Origin: the human T2T-CHM13v2.0 reference genome, Homo sapiens
Length of the DNA: 64,000 nt
NCBI RefSeq assembly: GCF_009914755.1
Contig: NC_060947.1
Direction: 5' to 3' (one strand)
This document shows, piece by piece, positions 32,070 to 49,189 of the stretch (position 1 is its first letter; the number at the start of each line of letters is the position of its first letter). The notes below the pieces were generated by a model. The model was given only the letters and a program-made list of their open reading frames with translations. It had not been told where the DNA came from and made no database searches. The translations under genes were made by a program, and so were the position numbers.

Positions 32070-33325
32070 ATATTTTAACTTTTGATTTGGAAATAATTTC
32101 AGACTTATAAAAAACTTGCAAAAACAGTACAAAGAATTCAAATATCTGCCCCCTACCAGCTTCCCAAATGTTAACATCTTATATAAATCAAACCCAGGAA
32201 ATTAACATCAATATGATACTATTGACTAATCTAGAGGCTTTATGCAGAAGTTGTCAATTGGCTCACTGCTGCTCTTTTTCTGGTCTAAGATCCAATCCAG
32301 GATCCCACATTGTATTTACTTGTTATATTTCCTCGGTCTCCTGCAGTCTGGTACAGCTTCTCGGTCTGTCTTTGTTTCTCATGACCTGGACACTTTAGAA
32401 AAGTAACGCCTAGTTATTATGCAGAATGTCTCTCAATTTAGGTTTGTCTCATGTTTTCTTATGACTAAGTACAGGTTATGCATTTGGGAAAAGAAAATCA
32501 CAGAATTAATGCAAGGCCCTTTTCGCTGCATCCTATTAAGAGACACACAATGTATATGTCTAATTACTGGTTATGTTAACTTTGACCACTTGGTTAAGGG
32601 GTGTCTGTTGGGTTGCTCCACTGTAAATTTACTCCTTTTCTTTTCCAAATTAGTTTATAGCTTGTGGAGAGATAGCTTGAGCCTATATGAATATCCTGTT
32701 TCTCATCATACTTTGCCCACTAACCCTTTGATGATTCTTGCCTAACACAATTATTACTGTGATATTTGTCAAATGGTGATTTTCTATTTCCGTCATTCCT
32801 TCTACATTTATTAATTGGCATTCTACTGTGAGAAAGTGCTTTCCCTTCTCCCTATGTATGAATTCAATTATTTATTTATGTAACTATGGACTTGCCAACA
32901 GAATGTATTGCCGTACTTTTTAATTTTTGCTGATCTGATAGGGGGAAATGATATCCTGGTGTTGCTTTAATTGCATTTACCTAATTATATGTAAGGTTAC
33001 AAGGTTAAGGAGCTATTTACTGATGATAGATAATTGTCTGTTCACGTATTTCTCCATTTTCCTATTCAGTTTTGGGGACCTATGCCCATCAATTTTGAAG
33101 CATTATTTGTAGAGTCACAATTTTAGCCCCTTTATCTGTGATGCATATTGCACATATTTGCTTCCAGTTTCTCAGTTGTTTTTTGGTGTTGATTATGATG
33201 AGGCTTTTTGCCATGGAATTTTAAAATGTAGTCAAGTTTATCCATTTTTTTCTTTTATTGCTTCTAGATTTTGAGTCATGATTAAAGAGCCTTTCCCTAC
33301 ACCAAGGGTAAAAGGGAATTTGTTC
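32070..33325 (-). mobile_element. Old L1M 3' fragments (L1MC/L1ME-like)
   Basis: GGAAATAATTTCAGACTTATAAAAAACTTGCAAAAACAGTACAAAGAATTC, an antisense L1M 3' end. Confidence 0.75.
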
Positions 33326-33433
33326 ACATTTTCTTTTTTTTTTTTTTTCTTTTTTTGAGACAGGATCTCACTCTGGCTCGAGTGCAGTGGCGTGATCTCA
33401 GTTCACTGCAACCTCCACCCCCCAGGCTCAAAT

Positions 33434-35101
33434 TGAGAGGTGACAGCGTGCTGGCAGTGCTCATAGCCCTCACTTGCTTTCGGCGCCTCCTCTGCCTGGG
33501 CTCCCACTTTGGTGGCACTTGAGGAGCCCTTCGGCCTGCCGCTGCACTGTGGGAGCCCCTTTCTGGGCTGGCCAAGGCTGGAGCCAACTCCCTCAGCTTG
33601 CAGGGAGGTGTGGAGGGGGAGGCGCGAGCAGGAACCGGGGCTGCGTGAGGCGCTTGCGGGCCAGCTGGAGTTCCGGGTGGGCGTGGGCTTGGCGGGCCCT
33701 GCACTCGGAGCATCTGGCCAGCCCTGCTGGCTCCGGGCAATGAGGGACTTAGGACCCGGGCCAGTGGCTGTGGAGGGTGTACTGAGTCCCCCACCAGTGC
33801 CAGCCGACCGGCGCTGTGCTCGATTTCTCACCGAGCCTTAGCTGCCTTCCCGCGGGGCAGGGCTTGGGACCTGCAGCCCGCCATGCCTGAGCCTCCCACC
33901 CACTCCAAGGGCTCCTGTGTGGCCCGAGCCTCCCCGACAAGCACCACCCCCTGCTCCATGGCGCCCAGTCCCATCGACCACCCAAGGGCTGAGGAATGCG
34001 AGCGCACGGCGTGGGACTGGCAGGCAGCTCCACCTGCAGCCCTGGTGCGGGATCCACTAGGTGAAGCCAGCTGGGCTCCTGAGTCTGGTGGGGACGTGGA
34101 AAGTCTTTATATCTAGCTCAGGGATTGTAAACACACCAATCAGCACCCTGTGTCTAGCTCAAGGTTTGTGAGTGCACCAATCGACACTCTGTATCTAGCT
34201 GCTCTGGTGGGGCCTTGGAGAACCTTTATGTCTAGCTCAGGGATTGTAAATACACCAGTCAGCACCCTGTGTTTAGCTCAAGGTTTGTGAGTGCACCAAT
34301 CGACACTCTGTAGCTAGCTGCTCTGGTGGGGATGTGGAGAACCTTTATGTCTAGCTCAGGGATTGTAAATACACCAATGGGCACTCTGTATCTAGCTCAA
34401 GGTTTGTAAACACACCAATCAGCACCCTGTGTTTAGCTCAAGGTTTATGAGTGCACCAATCGACACTCTGTATCTAGCTGCTCTGGTGGGGCCTTGGAGA
34501 ACCTGTGTTTCCAAACTCTGTATCTAACTAATCTGATGGGGATGTGGAGAACCTTTGTATCTAGCTCAGGGATTGTAAACGCACCAATCAGTGCCCTGAC
34601 AAAACAGGCCACTGGGCTCTACCAATCAGCAGGATGTGGGTGGGGCCAGATAAGAGAATAAAAGCAGGCTGCCTGAGCCAGCAGTGGCAACCTACTCCAG
34701 TCCCCTTTCACACTGTGGAAGCTTTGTTTTCTTGCTCTTTGCAATAAATCTTGCTACTGTTCACTCTTTGGGTCCACGCTGCTTTTATGAGCTGTAACAC
34801 TCCCCGTGGAGATCTGCAGCTTCACTCCTGAGCCCAGCAAGACCACAAGCCTACTGGGAGGAATGAACAACTCCAGACGTGCTACCTTAAGAGCTGTAAC
34901 ACTCACTGTGAAGGTCTGCAGCTTCACTCCAGAGCCAGCGAGACCACAAACCCACCAGAAGGAAGAAACTCCAAACACATCTGAACATCAGAAGGGACAG
35001 ACTCCAAACACGCCACCTTAAGAGCTGTAACACTCACTGCGAGGGTCTGCGGCTTCATTGTTGGAGTCAGGGAGACCAAAAACCCACCAATTCCGGACAC
35101 A
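33434..35101 (+). mobile_element. LTR12C full-length solo LTR
   Basis: TGAGAGGTGACAGCGTGCTGGCAG ... CCAATTCCGGACACA; TSD AAAT. Confidence 0.97.
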
Positions 35102-35155
35102 AAATGATCTTCTCACCTCAGCCTCCCAAGTAGCTGGTACCCAGGTGTGTGCCAC

Positions 35156-36604
35156 TCAGAGGTGATAGCATGCTGGCAGTCCTCACAGCCCTCATTCGCT
35201 CTTGGTGCCTCCTCTGCCTGGGCTCCCACTGTGGCGGCACTTGAGGAGCCCTTGAGCCCACCACTGCCCTGTGGGATCCCCTTTCTGGGCTGGCCAAGGC
35301 CAGAGCCGGCTCCCCAACGTGGAAGGAGGTGTGGAGGGAGAGGCACCAGTGGGAACCGGGGCTGCACGCAGCGTTTGCAGGCCAGCTGGAGTTCCGGGTG
35401 GGCGTGGGCTTGGCGGGCCCCGCACTCGGAGCAGACGGCTGGCCCGGCCGGCCCCGGGCAATGAGGGGCTTAGCACCTGGGCCAGCGGCTGGGGAGGGTG
35501 TACTGGGGCCCCCAGCAGTGCCAGCCCACTGGCGCTGCGCTCAATTTCTCACCAGGGCTGAGCTGCCTTCCCGTGGGGCAGGGCTTGGGACCTGCAGCCC
35601 GCCGTGCCTGAGCCTCCCACCCCCTCCGTGGGCTCCTGTGCAGCCCGAGCCTCCCCGATGAGTGCTGTCCCCTGCTCTACTGCGGCCAGTCCCATTGACC
35701 ACCCAAGGGCTGAGGAGTGCGGGCGCATGGCGCAGGACTGGCATGCAGCTGCACCTGCAGTCCCGGTGCAGAATCCAGTGGGTGAAGCCAGCTGGGTTTC
35801 TGAGTCTGGTGGGGACGTGGAGAACCTTTATGTCTAGCTAAGAAATTGTAAATACACCAATCGGCACTCTGTATCCAGCTTAAGGTTTGTGAACACACCA
35901 ATCAGCACCCTGTGTCTAGCTCAGGGTTTGTGACTGCACCCATCAACACTCTGTATCTAGCTACTCTGGTGGGGCCTTGGAGAACCTTTATGTCTAGCTC
36001 AAGGTTTGTAAACACACCAATCAGCACCCTGTGTCTAGCTCAGGGTTTGTGAATGCACCAATCGACACTCTGTATCTAGCTACTCTGGTGGGGACTTGGA
36101 GAATCTCTGTGTCCACACTTTGTATCTAGCTAATCTGGTGGGGACGTGGAGAACCTTTGTGTCTAGCTCAGGGATTGTAAACGCACCAATCAGTGCCCTG
36201 TCAAAACAGACCACTCGGCTCTACCAATCAGCAGGATGTGGGTGGGGCAGATAAGAGAATAAAAGCAGGCTGCCCGAGCCAGCAGTGGCAACCCGCTCGG
36301 GTCCCCTTCCACACTGTGGAAGCTTTGTTCTTTCGCTCTTTGCGATAAATCCTGCTGCTGCTCACTCTTTTGGTCCACACTGCCTTTATGAGCTGTAACA
36401 CTCACCACGAAGGTCTGCAGCTTCACTCCTGCCTGAGCCAGCAAGACCACGAACCCACCAGAAGGAAGAAACTCCGAACACATCCGAACATCAGAAGGAA
36501 CAAACTCCAGACGCGCCACCTTAAGAGCTGTAATAGTCACCGCGAGGGTCCGCGGCTTCGTTCTTGAAGTCAGTGAGACCAAGAACCCACCAATTCCGGA
36601 CACA
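35156..36604 (+). mobile_element. LTR12 (C/D-like) full-length solo LTR
   Basis: TCAGAGGTGATAGCATGCTGGCAG ... CCAATTCCGGACACA; TSD CCAC. Confidence 0.96.
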
Positions 36605-37024
36605 CCACCACTCCCGGCTATTTTTGTGTGTGGGTATTTTTAGTAGAGGCAGGGTTTTGCCATGCTGCCCAGGTTGGTCTTGAACTCCTGACTCAAGCAA
36701 TCCACCCATGTCAGCCTCCCAAAGTGTTGGGATTACAGGAGTGAGCCACTGCGCCCAGCCTCTTTTAATATCTGTATAGTTTCATGTATTACACTTGGAT
36801 CCTTGATCCATTTAGAGTTAATTCCTGTGTGTGGTGTACAGATTGGACCTCATTTTATATTTTTCCAGATAACTAGTCAGTATACCCAGCACCTTTTACA
36901 AATCTTTGTCCCAGTAACATATATTTATTCTTTAAAAATTCTGGTGATAAATACAAGTTTAAGGAAGAAAAAAATCACAAACAAATCCTACCCAGAGATA
37001 ACCGCAAATTATGTTTTGGTAGAC

Positions 37025-37399
37025 TGCTCTGGTTTAAATATTTGACCCCTCTGAAACTCATGTTGAAACGTACTCCCCAATGTAACAGTATTAAGAGGTG
37101 AGGCTTTTAAGAGGTTATTGGGTCATGAGGGCTGTGCCCTCATTAATGGATTAATCCATTCATGGATTCATGGGTAATCATGGGACTGGGTCTGTTATAA
37201 AAGCCAGTTTGGCAAGTTCTTGTCCTCTCACCATGTGATGCCCTCTGCCATATTATGATGCTGTAAGAAGTCCCTTACCAGAAGTGGTCCCTCAACCTTG
37301 GACAACCAGCCTCCAGAACTGTAAGAAATAAATTTCTTTTCTTTGTAAATTACCCAGTCTCGGGTACTCAGTTATAGCAACAGGAAACAGATTAAGACA
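37025..37399 (+). mobile_element. MST-family MaLR LTR (MSTC/D-like)
   Basis: TGCTCTGGTTTAAATATTTG..ACTCATGTTGAAA ... TTACCCAGTCTCGGGTACTCAGTTATAGCAACAGGAAACAGATTAAGACA. Confidence 0.85.
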
Positions 37400-37756
37400 A
37401 TGACCATACTTCCCTACCTTTCCCTATTCATACGCGTGCGTGCACACACACACACACTTTTACAAAGATGGGATCTCATACATGCTGTTTTTATCACGGG
37501 CATGTTTATTCACACTTTTTTTTTTTTGCCCCATCCCTAAACATAATTAACAGCCTGTTATGTGACTTTTAGCACCTTTAGTCATGTCCAGTTATTCATA
37601 TACAAACCTATTCATACATGCATAGGCTGTTCTTGTTGTTTGCTTTACAAATAACAAAACGGGTTCATACTGTATATGCTTCTCAGCATTGTATCCTTGC
37701 TGCTTAATGAAACTTTGAGGAATTCCTCTAAGTCTGCTGGTATAGACTTAATTCCT

Positions 37757-38109
<353 letters not shown>

Positions 38110-39221
38110 TGATGTATTATTAAATACTGATGGGCATTAACTGTTTTCCTTTGCCACTGCAAACTGAGCTATCACTAACATCCTTGTACACATATCCTTT
38201 TATAGTAGTGTTCTCATTTCTGTGGTACTTTTCAACTTAAACTCGTCTATATTGTGAATTTTTATCATGAGCAACTATTAATTTTATTTTAAAAAGCAAA
38301 ATCTATCACTGTATAGAGCTTGAGTTTACAATCAGATGCATCTGAATTCAAATCCTCTAAAACTCAGACACTGCTGGTGGGAGTGTGAAATAATGCATCC
38401 ACTTTGGAAAACCATTTGGCATGATTTACTAAACTTGAGCATACATATACACTGTGAGCCAGCAAATTTACTTCTAAGCATATCCAACACAAATACATGC
38501 ACATGTATAACTCAGAGAAGTGTCCAAAGATATTCTTATCACTTCTATTTGTAATAGCTCAGAACAGAATATTCCAAATGTCTGACAATAGTAAAAATCA
38601 ATAGATTGTAGTATATTCTGACAATATAATGCTGCATAGCACCTTTTCTCAAAAATGTGATCTGTGGATCTCTGAGGAGTCCCCAAAACCTTTACAAGGG
38701 GTCCTCAAGGTCAAAATCATTTTCATAACACTAAAAGGATATTTGCCTTCTTCATTGCATTGACACATTGACATTTGTACTGATGGTGCAAAAGCAAAGA
38801 TATATATATTGCCAGCACCTCAGCACAAATCAAGGCAGTGGTACCAACTGTACTGGTATTCATGGCATTCTTCACCCTACACACTCAGTAAACAAAGTCC
38901 TTGATGAAGAAGTAAAAATCAATTCTATCAAATCTAATCATTGGGTACATTGTCCATATGATGAGCTAGGAAGCATGCATAAGGCACATCTGTTACACAC
39001 CAATGTATAATGGTTGTCTTGAGGAAAAGTACTTGTTAGAGTTGTGAGCTGAACTAGACAATTTTGTCATGGAACCCTATTTTTACTTGAAAGAATGGCT
39101 AACAGACGAACTACAGTTATTCAGATTTAGGCTTTTGGCAGACATTTCCTGGAAAATGAACAAAGTGAGTCTGTCACTTAACTAGCAGTATATGCTACCA
39201 ATGATAATATTGGAGCTTTCT

Positions 39222-39352
39222 CCAGGCACAGTTCCTCACGCCTGTAATCCCAGCACTTCGGGAGGCTGATGTGGGAGGATTGCTTGAGCCCAGGAGTTCA
39301 AGACCAGCCCCAGTAATGCGGTGAGAGCCCATCTCTAAAAAATACATAAATG
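39222..39352 (+). mobile_element. FLAM/Alu monomer
   Basis: Single left-arm-like monomer with A-rich tail. Confidence 0.85.
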
Positions 39353-39622
39353 AATAAAATATATGGGAGCTTTCAAGTAAAAAAGAGAATTTTAGAAAAT
39401 CTGTATGAGCTTGACAGCGTCCCCATGCTTAAAGACTGTCCTGATGAGGTCTGTGGTAATAGTAACAAATGTGATTTTTTAAATAATATATGGCAAAATC
39501 TGTTAATATTTGGAAGGTCTGCCTGCATACCTCAGTAAAACAATATTTTCCAAAAGCATATTGTTACAAAATTAAGCATGGGTAAAAGATTAATTCAAAG
39601 TACGAGATAAATTAATGGATTT

Positions 39623-41220
<1,598 letters not shown>

Positions 41221-42161
41221 ATTCTTTTTTCAGTCCAGGAAACTGAGGCCCAGAACAACAAATTGGCTTGCCCAAGTTTTTACCAGTTAATGAAGAAGCC
41301 ACAGCTAGAAACCAACACCTCCTGACCTCTAATCTGAAGTCGAGACAGGGCTTTTTCTTATCTTTCCAGCTTCAGAGATGGCTTGACAACAGAAGGTTAA
41401 TTAATCAGCCACAGACAAAGTAAATATGCATGACCTATGGTCTCTGAAAGGTACAGACTAGCCTGCCCACCCATCCTTGATCAATCAGCAAATATTTATT
41501 GTGCACCAACGTGGAATGCCCCATATGAGACATTGCTGGGGACAGAAAATGATGCGCCACTATCTCTGTGGACAAGGGCTCAAGTCTAGATGGGAGAAAG
41601 CCTGCATGTGAAACATGTCCATCTTTACATTCTCATATACTGTGTCACTCAACTCCCCAGCCAAAAGAATCAAGAGGCATCACAATTTGTGGGCTTTTCT
41701 CAGGAAAGGCTTCCCAGAGAAGGGAGGACTTGGAATCAGAATATGTGATATGCCCTTACTGAGGAGGATGGTAAAGGCAGGACATTATCTCCCTATGGCT
41801 CTTGTTAAAAATATACTCATAACTTCAGAGGGTCTTTGGCTATGTGAAAAGCCTAAGCTTTGGGATAAGGGAAGAAGGTGATATTGTCCTTAACCAGAGG
41901 GCAGACTAAGGGATTTGATGGAAATCCTGTGGTGAGGAAGACGCCTCATGGGCCGCCCCCGTCTCCTACTGCAGTGCTATGACCAGGGCTGCCTCTACGC
42001 TTTCTTAGCAAAAACAAATACTCCCAAGTAGATTTTTTAAAATGTGAGAACAGACTATTCCTGCATTCTTTATCTTTTTCCTGTCTCTTTCCATCCATTC
42101 TTGCTTCATAACTTTTAACAGGACCATTGCTCTTCACTTTAGAGGAGATAACATGTTACTA

Positions 42162-42206
<45 letters not shown>
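42162..42206. repeat. (TG)n(TA)n microsatellite
   Basis: Directly visible. Confidence 0.95.
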
Positions 42207-42209
<3 letters not shown>

Positions 42210-42289
42210 AGTGTCTTACCAGGTCACGAAGAGCTGAGCTGTCCACTTGAAGCTGCAGGACAAACACTACAGACCTCAGGCATTTTAAT

Positions 42290-42800
42290 AATTCAGTGAG
42301 CATGTATTGAGCACCTACTATATGCCTGGAATTATGTTTGGGGCTGGGTACTCACAGGTGTCTAAGACTCGTGGCTTGCTTTATCTAGTTCTTGGTCTAG
42401 AGGGGAAGACAGACACTTGGACAATAATGACACGAGTCAAATTCTGAAATAGGAGTAAGCACAAAGTGCTCTGGGAACATAGAAGAGAATGATGAGCTAA
42501 GATGCCAAGGCGAGGAAGTAGGTCAGTGTCTGGGCAGGTGGGCGGGTGTGTGGGAGCAGGCATTTCGACTGGGTCCTGAAGAATCATCAGGAATTTAACT
42601 GACAGTAAAGGAGAGACAAAGAAGGGAGGTTATTGCAGGTAAAGGAAATAGCATGAATAGTGGCAGAAATGTGTGTGTGTGTGTGTGTGTGTGCCTGCCT
42701 ATCTGGGGAATGAAATGGCTGGACCATGGGACAGAGTAGCAGATGGGTCTAGAAACAGATTGAAGCCATAAATAACACACTAAAGGGTTTGCCATGCACC
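42290..42800 (-). mobile_element. L2 fragment
   Basis: GTATTGAGCACCTACTATATGCCTGG tail. Confidence 0.8.
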
Positions 42801-43293
42801 CTGAAAAGTAGGTCTTCTGCCTCCCAAACAAGCATATTATTTTCTGCCACCACTCCCTTCCCTACTTGCCTTGTCTGTGCCCTCCCATTATCGTCATTTC
42901 CCACCCAAAGTGATCAACTTTTTTTTTTTATCACATCATGCATTTACACATTTACCAAATTGATTGGGTCCCTTCCATGTACCAATGTCATGTCTCCTTG
43001 GAACACTCATTCGGACCTGCTGCTTGTTGAAGTATGAAACCCAGAGACTGTGGAACTATGCATGGTCTCCATCGTAGTGCCTCCTGCTGCCATCATTCCT
43101 GTGCTCTTCTGGGGTTTGGCTAAGACCTCTGGAAGTCAGCCACTGCATACACTGTGAGTATTCTAACATATTTGCCAGGACTCTAGTTTATACTCAATGC
43201 CATATTTCTCACTAATCTTTTTCTTTTGGAAAATATAATTATATTCACTAAAATATGTTATTTATTTATGTTAACATGTAATGGGTTATTTAA

Positions 43294-43583
<290 letters not shown>

Positions 43584-44261
43584 TAATACAGTAAATATCA
43601 ATGGCTATAACCCATATAAGCAAAATCTATTTGGTTCCTCAATAATTTGCATACATTTAAAGGGATCCTGAGACCAAAAAGTTTGAGAACTGCTGTGTAA
43701 TTCTCAATAAAAATAAATAAAAATGAGCAACTACTGCTACTCACAACATTTCTAAATTTCACAAACATAGAGCAAAAGAAGCCAGACACAAAAGCATATA
43801 TACTATTACATCCCACTTATATAAAGTTCAAAACCAGGAAAAACTAATTTATGATGTTAGAAATCAGGATGTTGGTTACATTGGGGTAAGAAAGAGGGGT
43901 AGTAATTTAGAAAGGAAGCATGACGCTTCTGGGATGCTGCCAATGTTCTATTCCTTGGCCTGAGTGCTAATTTAAAAAGTGTGCTCAATTTGTGAAAATT
44001 CATTGGTGTTAAGAGCACTTTTCTGTATGTGTCATTTGCTTTGTTTTTTAAACATTGAAAAAATATGACTCTGTAAATCTTAGCTCTGCCATTTTCTAGC
44101 CATGAGTTGGAAAAATTACTTGACTGTGTATCATTTATTCAACAAATATTTCAACATTTCTTGAAGATCTATCTACTGCTGGGTACTGTGTTATACATTA
44201 CAGATAGCCGCAGTATGTAATGCACAGTCCCAGGTTTATCTAGTGCAGTGCGAGAGACAAT

Positions 44262-44691
44262 TATCTTAGCCCACTTTGTGTTGCTATAAAGGAATACCTG
44301 AGGCTGGGTAATTTGTTTTAAAAATTTGGCTCACGGTTCTGCAGACAGTACAAGAAGCATGGCCATAGCATCTACTTAGCTTCTGGTGAGGTCCTCAGGC
44401 TGCTTCCACTCATGGTGGAAGGCGAAGGGAAGCTAGAGTGTGCAGATATTCCATGGCAAGAGAGGAAGCAAGAGAGAGTCAGGGGAGGTGTCAGGCTCTT
44501 TTTAACAACTAGTTCTCAGGTAACTAAGCAAGAACTCACTCACCCACCCCAGGGAAGGCATTAATCTATTCCTGAGAGACCCACTCCCATGACCTAAATT
44601 TCTCCCATTAGGCTGCACCTCCCAACACCATCAAACTGGGGACTGAATTTCAACATGAGCTTTGATGGGGACACATATTCAAACCATAGCA
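44262..44691 (-). mobile_element. MSTB-like MaLR LTR
   Basis: GTTGCTATAAAGGAATACCTGAGGCTGGGTAATT ... ATTCAAACCATAGCA; TSD ACAAT/ACAAC. Confidence 0.88.
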
Positions 44692-44713
44692 ACAACCATT
44701 AAAAGTATCATCA

Positions 44714-45010
<297 letters not shown>

Positions 45011-45169
45011 TCATCACGGGGGTGTTAATTTTTACAAAAAGAGAGGTACAGCATGTTGTAGAGTGTATAACAATGGACTTAACCTTACCCAGTGAGTCCA
45101 AAATGAAGAGATGACACTTAGCTGAACTGTGAAAGACAAGTAGGACTAGTCCACCAATGGAATGGTAAG

Positions 45170-47490
<2,321 letters not shown>

Positions 47491-47499
47491 GATGAATAA

Positions 47500-48150
47500 A
47501 GAGTTGTCCAGAAAGAGGGAAGAGCATGTGCAAAGATCCAGGGATGAGTGTTTGACTTATTCAAGAAACTTAAAGAATCCTCAAGTAGAAAGATCAAAAA
47601 TGAGAGTGGCTCAAGCTGAGTCTGGCAAGACAGGCAGAAACAAGAGGATGAAGGGCTCTGTAGACCGGAATAAAGATACTGAACTTTAGAGCAAAGAAAA
47701 TCCATCAAGGAGTTATAAACAAGGGAGTGGTGTGATCGTAGTTTGGAGAGGTCATTGGCAGTTGTGTAGGAAACAGATTGGGGGTGGGCGGACTGGAGGC
47801 AAAGAGACCAGTTAGGAGGCTAGAAGAGTAGTCCAGGCAAGAGTATACAATGTCAGACCAGTTTGGGTGGGGACAGTGGATATGGAGAGAAATTGAAAAA
47901 TAATAAAAGTATTAAGGAAGTGAAATAAAAAAGCTCTGAATATGAACCAAAGGAAGAAGGGGTTTTGATAAGAAAGGGATGATAATCTGTGCTAACTGCT
48001 GCTGTAAGGTTAAGAGAATAAAGACTGAAAATTGTCTATTGGGATTTAGTGACAGGGAAATAATTGGTGATCTTGTCAAGAGCATTTGCCACAAAATGGA
48101 GATGGTGAAAGTCAATCTGGAGTGTAATGCCAAGTGAGTGAGATCTGAGG
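47500..48150 (-). mobile_element. L2 fragment
   Basis: GAGACCAGTTAGGAGGCT..GTAGTCCAGGCAAGAG motif. Confidence 0.75.
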
Positions 48151-48780
48151 ACATGGAGGCCACTCCTAATATCTGCAAAGCACCTGACACCTAGTAGGCT
48201 CTCAGTAGGTGCCACTTTCCTCTCTCCCTTCTCTGTATTATGATGTTGCAGAACTGTGACAGTATTGCTAATTAAACAAACTCCAAGTAAAGAAAACATG
48301 TTAACATATTAAAATAATACCATATGTAGTTAAATATTTACTATTTCTTTGGCATCAAATTTCTTAAGGTAAAATATTAAATTCAAATATTACTGAGGGA
48401 AACAGCTGGTACTGAATATTCAAGCTCCCAGAGGACCACGTTAATGAATCATTTAAAAAACTGGACAGCTTCACATTTAATCTGTTCAAGGAATAGAAAC
48501 ACAGTCTTTTCTCAATTATTGTCTTATGAGATGAATATAAATTTCTGATTAGTCTGTTCCCAAAATGGAAATGGCCTTTTGACATTATAGTAATAAATGT
48601 TTATTATAAAAAATTCAGGCATTAACTTAGTATATAAAGAAGAAACAGGGTACAGAGTTTCAATGTTGCAAGACAAGAACTGTTCTGTGGGATGCATGGA
48701 GGTGATGGCTATACTACAGTGTGAATATACTTGATGCCAGCAAACTGTACATTTACAAATTGTTAAAATGATAAATTTTA

Positions 48781-49143
<363 letters not shown>

Positions 49144-49189
49144 ACCCTCTAATCCCATTGCTTAAATGGGCATATAGGATTTGTCCTTC

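Larger units (their letters stand above)
33329..36760 (-). mobile_element. Single AluJ/S split into three pieces by two LTR12 insertions
   Basis: Alu pieces 33329-33433, 35102-35155 and 36605-36760 join into one continuous antisense Alu. Confidence 0.93.
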
